Shown here one piece after another: positions 41,301 through 59,253 of a DNA stretch of 64,000 bases. The stretch lies in NCBI RefSeq assembly GCF_000150275.1, contig NW_002060955.1:850287-914286 (forward strand). The letters run 5' to 3'. The translations under genes were made by a program, and so were the position numbers. Position 1 is the first letter of the stretch, and each line of letters begins with the position of its first letter. This DNA comes from Trichoplax adhaerens. Its lineage: Eukaryota > Animalia > Placozoa. The notes under the pieces were generated by a model that made no database searches, had not been told where the DNA came from, and saw only the letters and a program-made list of their open reading frames with translations.

Positions 41301-42612
41301 TCTTGAAAGATTTAAATGTGCTCTATCCTTTTTTAAGAGAAGTTGGTAACAGTGAGATTTAATAGTTAAGGTGTCGATATATATATATATATATATCAAG
41401 TATTGTAGATTTCTTAATCTACAAAACAGGTATATGAATGTCACCGATAGATAAGCTAATAGGCTATCGATTAGATCTAGCTGTTAGGTTATTATTACGT
41501 TGTCAATATCAATTTAAACCATATGATACTCATCGAAGTGATTTATTATCTTTGCATTATTAGAATCGTATGGTTGAAAGTATGCGGCTATTTGATTCAA
41601 TTTGCAACAATCAATTCTTTGAAGAAACTTCAATAATCTTATTTTTGAACAAGAAAGATCTGTTTCAGCAAAAGATAGCTGTATCTCCACTAACATTATG
41701 CTTTCCTGAATACAGTGGTACAGTATTAACTATGTTAGATTAAATGTATACCTATCTTTATTTTATTTCATTTAGACTTGATTACAATGTTAATCAAAGT
41801 GTTTGGATCGCCATAATTGTGGGTTGAGGAAATTCTGAGCGTTGCAAATAATAATTACTTTTATAAGTTAATACACGTAAATACTGTCTGTAGCTGTATA
41901 CACTCATTATATATCAATCCGGTAATCTTTACTTGACTTCAATCAGTTTATAATACCGTATGGCAGCAGCTATAATATAATCACGAAATATTAATTTAAT
42001 ATTTAGTATTGGTATTGGATAAACTACAGATTTAAGATATTGCATAGTCAAATTCTTAAATTGGAGTTTAATCGTTTATGCCTCACTACTAAATATGATG
42101 CAAAGATACTATACCGTATTAATGATAAATTTTATTTTAAATTACTGCATTCTGATTTTATACTTTATTAAAAGTTTCAAATGTAGCAAATAAATTGTTT
42201 AATAGCAGCATAGCCGGCAATAGAGTTTGCTATATTGGATATTTTACATCCGTAGTTGCCGTTATGCGTGAATTGTATCGTAACTTGCGCTTCAATTTGC
42301 TTAATCTGTTTATCTTCTAAAAGAAAGGAGAATTATTTGCTACGGGACTTTATTTATTTGATGATACGATGTAAATTATCATCAATTGGGGCATAATATT
42401 AACGGTATTCGTAACTTTTAGGTGCTAATAATTATCAGGAAGCGTCTTCGTACATTCAGACTGTTTTTGAAGATCTAAACAGAAAGAAAGAATCTAAAGA
42501 AATTTATACCCATTTCACTTGTGCTACTGATACGGACAATATTCAATTTGTATTTGATGCAGTAACCGATGTTATTATCAAGAATAACCTGAAAGATTGT
42601 GGCCTATTTTAA
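35377..42612 (+). CDS. GNAI: G protein alpha-i family subunit, divergent paralogue, 355 aa; exons 35377-35494, 37917-37959, 38351-38492, 39171-39331, 39586-39714, 39937-40066, 41564-41717, 42422-42612
   Basis: MGC N-terminus, [39 protein letters not shown]-terminus [10 protein letters not shown]; eight exons (118/43/142/161/129/130/154/191 nt) in frame with GT-AG junctions. Confidence 0.95.
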
Positions 42613-45034
42613 CAATTAGCAAGAAATTCTGATACTACAATGGCATTCATTTCAAATAGGACTAGTACTCATTTGTAAAGATTCGAACTAATCTATAAGC
42701 TAACAGTGAGTTTTTGTTATTAATATCGAATACAGTACCTACGCGTACATACTTTTCTTTATTTTATGATAGCTGATAATTATAGATAATTCATTATTAT
42801 CCATCGAATTATAACTTATGATCAATCAGATACATTACGATTTGATTTGGCTCACTTTAAACTACCTCATGTTGGTATACAATTTGATTTTACGATCGGA
42901 AATTGTTTTTACGTATTGTTCATACATCCTGGTGGTTACATCTGGAGTATGGACGGCATCAAGTGAATTTGTAGTATTTAACTTTAATGTAGAATGGCTA
43001 TAAACAAGCACTTGAAAGTAGAATAAACGTATTGCTTTTACCACACTAATGGGAATAGTATGAAATACTAGTTAGTCATAATTTCTATGTTGGGCTACGT
43101 CGCATAAATTGGATGGTACAATAATTGATTTCTTCTTTACAAATTAATTATGCTAGCCGTTTTCATTGTATTATTATTCTTTTTTTCTGATCTTCAATTT
43201 TATTAATGCTTGTAAGCTAATACTGCGGTAAGTGTTGCCATTTATCTCGCGAAATACGCATAGATTATTGAAGTAACAATTATGATGCAAATAATACGTT
43301 GGTTATTTAATATAGAGCAAGTTGTTCACTTTGCTGCCATGAGCAATAAATTGATATCCATGACATTAAGATTTGAAGGATAAAAGTGTGAACATGTAGG
43401 AAGATAATAAAGCGTGGTATAGCTGTAGATGATGTTAAGATGAAAATAGAAGGGATCCACTGTTGCTGGTCATTAACATATTCGTATCGTAGTGGTTGAC
43501 TATTCTTTACAAATAATGATTGATCTACAGCATAATAACGAGGTGTTTCTTCGCTTACCATGACCTTGTCCGTGGTGTAAATTAAGAATCCTGTGATAAT
43601 CTAGATGATAATGTTGGCGAAAGTTGTTGGTAGTCTTTGACCTACAATAGTGGTTAAATAGCTGATATAAATAAGGACTAATTTGTCTAAGGTAGCAAGC
43701 TAAAATCAGATTTATTGAGATTCAAGTCAAACAAGCTTGCCTATTCTTTAGCTTACTATTCCACTGTAAGTTCGGCAAGTAAAGTAATCCTATCGTACCG
43801 TCAGCAGGTGTCAATTTGCTTTCATCACCCATCAGTAGATTAACTAATTCATTTTCATCTACTAAACGATACAGTTTATTGCATTAGGCTTGTTTAACAA
43901 TGCATCAAGTCCCAAATATAAATTCCATTTCAATCGCTTTCTGCTAGCTGTAGCCGTGTTCATCAGTTGTTGTAGCGTTACCGCAAATTTACGCATCCGT
44001 CATTTCATTTTTCATTGATGGAAGGAAACAATTTGCTTCCATAGGAGACTATATGATATCTAGAGTGATGTTCTAGTTTTATCCATAGTCTATAGAAGGA
44101 TAGAGGAATCAGTTGTGTCTACCCGCGTATAATAGCAGTGGCAGTAAATGGACTTATAGCAGCGCGACTGCAGAGTGATATCCATTTTTTTGGTGAGGGC
44201 CGGTGGGGGGGGGGGGGAATCTGAATTTGTCCTTGTACATTGTACAATTAATGATACAGTTGACGAATTGCTCTGAACCTTCAAGTTAGTAAAGTACTGT
44301 ACTAATATAAAGTACCGTTTTTAAGCGGCGAAATATTTTTTCTATCTTATTTATTTATTTACTTAATTTAGATTCTTCCCTGGAGCTGTGGTACCAGCAG
44401 TGAAGGGAGTGCCAAAATAGATCACTGACTATACACGATACACAGTAGAGTGGTGTGAGGCAGTTTGCTTTGTAGTTGCCAATATTCAGCTGAAATGATT
44501 CTACACATTCTTGATTATCCTCCTCTACTCTATACTAGTACCACCGTAAAACGAGTAAAATGAGTTTGTAGGATAATTGACGCAAGATATGGAGTGCCAG
44601 CAAACTGCCGCTCATTACAGTGTAAGGGAATTGATGTGGTAGCCGATGGCATTCACACTATTTCAGTAGTACTTGATATGTGTGCTGTTCTATGCTTCAC
44701 TTCCAAGTTGTGTATAATTGTCACAAACCAACTTCGTGACAAGTATAACGTAAAAACAAATCTCTAAATTACTATAGTCTCCGGGATTCAGTATCCCTAC
44801 TTACAAGAATTTAGACGCCTTTGATTCTACGTTAAAACAACTATACAATTGAGAACTGCTTTATTCAACTATCTGACGGGTTTATATACCCTTCTACAGC
44901 AGCTAACATTCACAAGTCATCTTATAATAATACTTGAGTGAGAACATCTACTAACTAGTTTTTCACAGTCGGACTACAATATGTCCATTCACAGAATTTG
45001 GGCCTGAGTTCTCGACACTTGGTTCCTCTTTCGG

Positions 45035-45052
45035 ATCCCACCGCTGCCACCA
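45035..45052 (-). promoter_or_regulatory. Primer-binding site for tRNA-Leu
   Basis: The - strand reads TGGTGGCAGCGGTGGGAT, complementary to the 3' 18 nt (including CCA) of tRNA-Leu; 13 nt are identical to the tRNA fragment at 15780-15792. Confidence 0.9.
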
Positions 45053-45162
45053 ATTTAGGCCCGAATTTTGTGAAAATTTGGTAGAAATTGGAATCCGTGT
45101 GGGGAATCCAGCAATATTGCGTTAGTATATTAAATTTTATAAAAGCTATTACACTGATTAGA

Positions 45163-46104
45163 ATGTCTGAAACCACGCCGAAGACCAATTTGCGCAGTCT
45201 TACGAACGAGGAAGAAAGCCGGCTAGAGGAGCTGGAAAACTTTTCAGACGAACAATTAAAAAGTATGGCTAAAGGTTTAGGCATACATATCGGAAATTCA
45301 AAAACCGCTACTTTGGCTAGGAAAATTTTACAGAAAGACACTGAAAAAGCCGAAGCATTTCTTGGTGCAAGTGCACAGCCTCGTACTGAACCAAGGCCTG
45401 AAGAAAATGTTTCTCAAGGGCGAGAACAAACACTGGAGCGAATCCTAAGCCAAATGGTACTACTACAACAACAATTATTGAATAATCAAAATAGACGGGA
45501 TTATTTGGAAATAAATATTCCACCACTCCCGGAAGACAAAGATGTAGATAACTGGTTGCACATGTTTGAGAAGACAGCAACAGTCAATCGATGGCCGAGA
45601 CATGAGTGGGGAGCTCGTTTAGGACCCTTATTAACTGGTGCAGCTCTCGAAGCATTCAGGGAACTGACGTTGGACGAGCAGGAGGATTTTGATCATGTAA
45701 GGCAGATAATCCTTCAGGCTTATGTAATTTCATCAGATGTGTTCTGTAGGAAATTCTTTACGCTACGAAGAAAAGATGAGCAATCTTTCAGTGAATTTGG
45801 AAGAAAGAGAATGCATTACTTGAAGCAATGGATAGCAACAAGTAGCAAGTCTGTGGAAGATACTGTCATAATGGAAATCCAATATCAGGAATGGGCTCGA
45901 GCAAAGAACTTTGCTCTGTTAACATATGTGCAAGTGAGACAGCCGCAGAGCTGGAAAGAACTGATGTTAGCAGTCGATCAATTTGAAGCACAGAAAAGAG
46001 ACTCCGTAGCACCTAACATTGGCAAAGGGCGACAAATTGGAAAGGATAAGAAGGCTTCCACACTAGAATATGAAGAGGAACCTGTGAAGTCTAAATTCTT
46101 GTAA
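45163..46104 (+). CDS. Ty3/Gypsy (Gmr1/SCAN-related) Gag capsid protein, 313 aa, C-terminally truncated
   Basis: Uninterrupted ORF with FEKTA..NRWP...W...L.PLLTG.ALEAF..L.....DF..V...IL.AY......F.RKF pattern; no zinc knuckle; the last codons and TAA stop come from the LTR fragment. Confidence 0.85.
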   Translation: MSETTPKTNLRSLTNEEESRLEELENFSDEQLKSMAKGLGIHIGNSKTATLARKILQKDTEKAEAFLGASAQPRTEPRPEENVSQGREQTLERILSQMVLLQQQLLNNQNRRDYLEINIPPLPEDKDVDNWLHMFEKTATVNRWPRHEWGARLGPLLTGAALEAFRELTLDEQEDFDHVRQIILQAYVISSDVFCRKFFTLRRKDEQSFSEFGRKRMHYLKQWIATSSKSVEDTVIMEIQYQEWARAKNFALLTYVQVRQPQSWKELMLAVDQFEAQKRDSVAPNIGKGRQIGKDKKASTLEYEEEPVKSKFL

Positions 46105-46819
46105 GTAGGGATACTGAATCCCGGAGACTATAGTAATTTAGAGATTTGTTTTTACGTTATACTTGTCACGAAGTTGGTTTGTGACAATAATGTACCCTAT
46201 AAGTGTGTCCATTGTACAAGGGACTACTACCGGTAGGATTATTATTTTAAAAGCAGTATATAAGCAAATTATTTTCTGACAGCATACTGCTGTACTGTCT
46301 CTGATTCCTGGTCTGTATGGTCATGGCATTGAATAAAGACAGTGGAAGCGCATGCTGCGCGTGATAATGCAATCTACTTTTGGTTGTGGCGTTACTCTAA
46401 TGCAATGGTCTAGTGTCAATGATGGTCATTCTAATCACTTCACTTCTACCAGTAGAGTATTGGGTATTTGCTAGTAATTTGTCAGGAAGAAAGTTGTCGT
46501 ATAGCAGCACAGTCCTCTCCGTCTTGATCATGGGATAGAATTGCTGTGCTCGATTTCTCTTTCTATGCGTTGCTATGGTTTTAGATTTGGCTTTTTGAAA
46601 GCCTATTGGCACAAAGTACTTACAAGACAGGTGCATTAGTGCTGTGCTTCTTGATACTACTACTACTACTGTCTACCGTCCTTTTCTTTTTTTTCTTGGA
46701 CTGTTATCCTCCTCCTTCTTTGGAAAACCTTACTCTCGGCATGGGGTAGTGCACAGTCTGACTCAGATTGCGACAACGGAGTCTGCACACCAGTGTTACC
46801 ATGGTGTTACACTGTTGAC

Positions 46820-49005
46820 ACTGCAGTACCAGTATACAGTACACTATACAGCGTATGAAAAAGAGTTTTTTTCTAAGTACAGTACAGTACAATGTCCAGT
46901 AGTACCGTACCGTACTGTACTGTACAGTACAGTGTAGTGTACAGTAGTTTTGAAAATACTGTACTGTACCGTTGTAAGACTGTACACTGTACAGTACAGT
47001 ACTGTCGATCAGTACTGTAGTTTTGAAAATACTGTACAGTACAGTACTGTACCGTAGTTGCGTATATTCTTGTAGAAAAAACATGCTGTACAGTACTGTG
47101 TACAGTATCATTAATAATATCGTGGTGAGTTTAGCTGGAGAAGTTTGAATGGTAGAGAAAAGACTTTGGCGTGTCAATTCATAGCGTACTCGTACAGTAG
47201 AACATGCTGACATGAAAAAAAATGAGAAAAATCTGTATACTGAACATTGAGTGTACAGTACAATCGCAGCGACCACGATTTTTGTCGATCGTTGTGCACT
47301 ACGGTAGATTGAAAAGGAATCGAGTGTACAGTACGGTACTGTCCAATGTCCATTGAGTGTACTGTACTGTACTGTGCAATCGCTGCTAACACGACTTCTG
47401 TCGATCGTCGTGCACTACTGTACAGTGTACAGTACTGTACTGTACGCTAGATTGAAAAAGGAATGGCGTGTACAGTGTACAGTACGGTCCAGCGTAGTAC
47501 ATTGTACTGTACTGTACAGTATTATGCTCGTCGTGAAAGCGTAGGTACTGTAGGGAGGGCGTTCCCGTTCTGCTACAGCCGCACAATGGAACGTCCTTAT
47601 TTGTTTGTCTTTCACCGGGCCCGAATACTACAATTGTGATGATGTAGCGCACAATGTGCAATGTGTACAGTACAGCATTGTACACTGTACAGTGTACAGT
47701 ACTGGCTGTATGGCATACAATCGATGGTCATGTTCATAATATCGGCATTCAAGCCCACTTACAGTACAGTATTGACTATTGTACAGTACACTGTACAGTA
47801 CAGACTGTATGGCATACTGTAGAATCGAGGGTCATGTTCATAATCGGCATTCAAGCACAGTTACAGTACAGACAGTACGGTACAGTACAGTATTGATTGT
47901 TGTGCTGTACACTGTACACTGTACAGTACAGTACGGTGGACCAGAAGGCTCAGACAATGTCCGCTGTTGTTGTCCAGTACTATACCGGTGCACCGTATCG
48001 TACTGTACAGAAAAAGCTTGTTTGCTTTTTGCTAGCGTACAATACAGTGCAATGTGTACAGTACTGTACACTGTACAGTATGGCATACTGTACAGGGAGA
48101 TGCGGGAAATTTCGAATTTATGGTACCAACGTACTGTACCAACAGAAAGTGGTCCTGGTCCTGTAGTACTGTACACTATACTGTACTCAGTGTACTGTAC
48201 TGTACTGCACAGACTGTGTAACTAACCATGCATATCCCCCGTTATTAATAATGCACTACGTAACGACATGTAACAGTACTGTACTGTACTGTATACATAA
48301 GTCTCATTTGTACTGTAGCGGAAACGCTCTTCAGAAGAAGAGTAAGAAGCATAGGGGCAAAATTGCTAAACGACTAAATGACTTCCTTACTTTCTTGCCA
48401 CTCTCGGTACCGAAGCGCCGTCATCGGTATGATAACGATAATACTGTACTGTACAGTGTACAGTACTGCACCGTAGTGCTGTAGATCATACTGTGTAACT
48501 TTGCAGTTTGCACGTAATTTCGAAATTTCCCGTATCTCCCAGTACAATCGAGGGTCATGTTCATAATCGGTATTCAAGCACACTTCTTCAATAACAGTAC
48601 AGTACAGTACAGTATTGATTCTTGTACTGTACTGTACAATGCCCACTGTTGTTGTCCAGTACTATACCGGTCGACCGTATCGTACGCACGGTCGACCAAT
48701 TGGCTTCTTTGCTTTATTCTACAGTACAATGTAGTGCGTGACTGTACTGTACTGTAGGTGCAGTGGCATTGTTCTGCCTACAGTACTCTACTGTAGCAGT
48801 CGTCACCATGACCTACTGTACAGTGTACAGTACAGTACTGTACACTGGTCAAATCAACATGCACTCTGCTGTCCATTGGTCAAGTACAGTACAGTACACT
48901 ACAGTACCATCGTGCTGGCTCAATACAGTACTGTACAGTACAGTACAGTACTGTATTTGGCTTGTGGTCCATGGACACTGAGTAGACTGTACTGTAGACT
49001 GTAGC
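46820..49005. repeat. Low-complexity TACAG/CTGTA (GTAC-palindrome) domain with internal direct and inverted duplications
   Basis: Very dense TACAGTA/TACTGTA/TGTACA/AGTACT words in both orientations, interleaved with duplicated 20-60 bp unique blocks. Confidence 0.9.
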
Positions 49006-49213
49006 GCAATGTATTCGCTTCGGCGTAGTCAACGACTGTAGAAAAGAAAGCTTTACAGTGTGATAGTGTGTTACTAGCAAACATTAGGCAAAAGTCATTT
49101 CTTTTATTTTTTAGTCGTTCTTCGACTTTGCCTTGTCATCGTCATCGATTATTCCACTCCATCTTATTCACATTCATTCATACTTTACTGGATAGAAACT
49201 CGGAAAACCGACA

Positions 49214-56842
<7,629 letters not shown>

Positions 56843-59253
56843 GGGCCTGACTTTATCAGCTTGTAAGTATATGTTGTGTATAATTTTGATATAACTTGCT
56901 TTGACTAGGAAATGTTAATACTAGTAGTGGTTTATTGGATAATATTTTATTGCTCTTGTATGAATAAACCATTTTAATTGTTTTTCGTACTCGAATTTTT
57001 CTTTCTAGGATTTTGGAAAAAGGTACCTTCTTAGTGGTAATGATGTATTACAAATTATTAATAGATCATTCATTGCAATGATTCGCTTAGTGTTAATCCA
57101 TTATTTGAACTTCCAACTGTGAAGAATTTCGTAAAACCAAATTTTATGATTCTTTTCAGTTGCGCAATCACAATTTGTCGAAGTAATTAATAGTCGTAAT
57201 ATAATCACTGATAAATTATATTGAGCATGTGTACTAATATATACGTAGTAATCTCTACGGCGAGCTGACGTTTAAATTCTATAGTGTCTAGTTGATTGCA
57301 TGACAAATTTTAATTGTCATCAGAAGATTGATGTAAAAAGAAAGCAGTATCTTTATCTTGACTGTATTTGAAGCTATAAGCGGTATCTTATCCTCGATAC
57401 CGGCATCGATGTCTTCTGTCACTTTCGTTCTTGCAAGAAATTTTATTTGGCCACATGATTGCTAATAACAGTTACGTTTCTCATTGGTTATTTCAAATAA
57501 TTATGATCGTTATCCACTTGGATTGCTTTTAGTTATTGCTACCATTAATTACAGTAATTATAATTTTATTAATATAAATACAGTATCCGTGCCATAGTTA
57601 TCTGTATATTGCACTCTTTGTTTTATATGATTGAAATTCCTTTTCAGTCCGATGTTATGGAGGACCGTTACTATGTAAGCTTCAGTTACGGCTTAACGAA
57701 GCAGACAGAAATTAGATCTCGAGAAATTATTGCTGTGTTCTTTGCTTAGATGTCAGTAATCTTAATTACCTAGTTTATAGTAATGAAGGAGTCACATGCT
57801 CTACTTACATTATATCTTTACGCTCTCTACTAATGAACCTATTAATTGTTATCATTGCTATCAAATTAAAATGCTGCTAAATATACAGTAGTGAGTATAC
57901 GATTAACGAACCTTTTAATAATATTATTAATAGGAACCATCAAGGTTTCGTTTTGCTTTTTCCACATGCAATAACTTTGTCAGATCCCTCTAAATAAACT
58001 CATATTGACAACCAAATTTTTCACGTGGTACAGCTTATTTGTCTTTAAATCGAACGTATTTCATTTTTATATATGAAACTCTGAAATTATTAGCAATCGT
58101 GCTCATTCTCAAGTAGTATTAATATTTAATTGTACTTTGACAGTTTTCTTTATTCACTGGTTACCTAATTCTCAAGTTAATGCCAAGCAATTAACTTGGT
58201 TTTAGCAGATTACTATATAAATACCTAGTTCTTATAAGTAACGAATAAAAGACTATGCATGATACAAGTACCTGTGAATATTCCTCCCAATTTATATGTT
58301 AAAAAAAATTTTGTATATCGGGTACTTTACGGTAGTCCGTTAATTTGTTTATAATGGTATTTTGAATACTGCGATTTGACTTTTGCTACTAACGATGTAA
58401 CGGGCTTACAGCGTTTAATTAGTGATCGCGAGATAGATAGTTTAATTTAGATTAAATCTTTATCGCCTTAATAGGAATACGGCTTGATTAGTAATTGAAT
58501 AAACTAATTATAATCTTGAAGTTATTATATAATAATAACCAAAAGTGAGCACCGAAATTTCACCTCTAGACGGCTGAAGATCAAAAATTATAATGTGAAA
58601 TATTTAATGATGTGTTATCAGTGTTAATTAACATTATTCTGTTACGATAGCGAAAAGCTACAATGAATGAATATACCTACAGTGTCTTGCGAGATACAAT
58701 TAGTTTGAAGGGCATACCATTGTCAAAACAAATGATATTGTTTGCATACACTTACAGCAATTACAGCGTCATTTTTAACTATGTGACTAGAGCAAAAAAA
58801 TAGCCTACTATTAATAAGAGGGAATATGACTTATCTGTTTATTGTAAAGCTGTATCTAATGGCAACAGAAAGAACTAATAAGCACTCTGTTAAAGTACGT
58901 TCCAATTCTGTTAATAATTACTAGGTAGTCAAGAAAAAAGATTAAGTTTTAAATTTTTCGCAGGAGTTGTTTTACTAAATTTCATTTTTTCTATTTTTTA
59001 ACAGATAAGTGTTTAAGCGTTAATGGTATCGGAACATAAATTTACATAATTTATAGCTAACAGTATGGATAATACATAGTAATAAAATGAATTAATAATA
59101 ATGATACTAAATTTCAATGTATTGCTAGTATATAGGAAAATTATAATCTTTTCACTTATAAGCTTATAATTTATCCATACACTATCTGTACAAAATGGCA
59201 GTCACTTTATACAAAAACAGGCAAGCTAAATAATTAAATTTTTTTAACTGAAG

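Larger units (their letters stand above)
44719..46186. mobile_element. Rearranged family A LTR-retrotransposon derivative: inverted U5 termini (98-bp perfect TIR), inverted PBS, gag only
   Basis: 44719-44816 is the exact reverse complement of 46089-46186; TSD ATAAT (44714-44718, 46187-46191); 44719-44997 matches the family A LTR. Confidence 0.93.

Noticed and set aside
43307-43561. 84-aa ORF between the G-alpha-i genes
   Set aside because: No recognisable domain or convincing exon chain.
44719-46186. Classification as a DIRS element or a true DNA transposon
   Set aside because: No tyrosine recombinase or transposase; a tRNA PBS, TG...CA ends, 5-bp TSD and matching solo LTRs point to an integrase-type LTR family.
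44719-46186. Simple autointegration product
   Set aside because: Autointegration joins intact CA termini to internal sites; here the internal joints are mid-LTR and no U3 terminus is present.
46820-49005. CRISPR-like repeat-spacer array
   Set aside because: No constant repeat length or regular spacing, no cas genes, eukaryotic context.
46644-49080. Many overlapping Tyr/Ser/Thr/Val/Cys-rich ORFs
   Set aside because: By-product of the TACAG/CTGTA low-complexity sequence being stop-poor in several frames on both strands.
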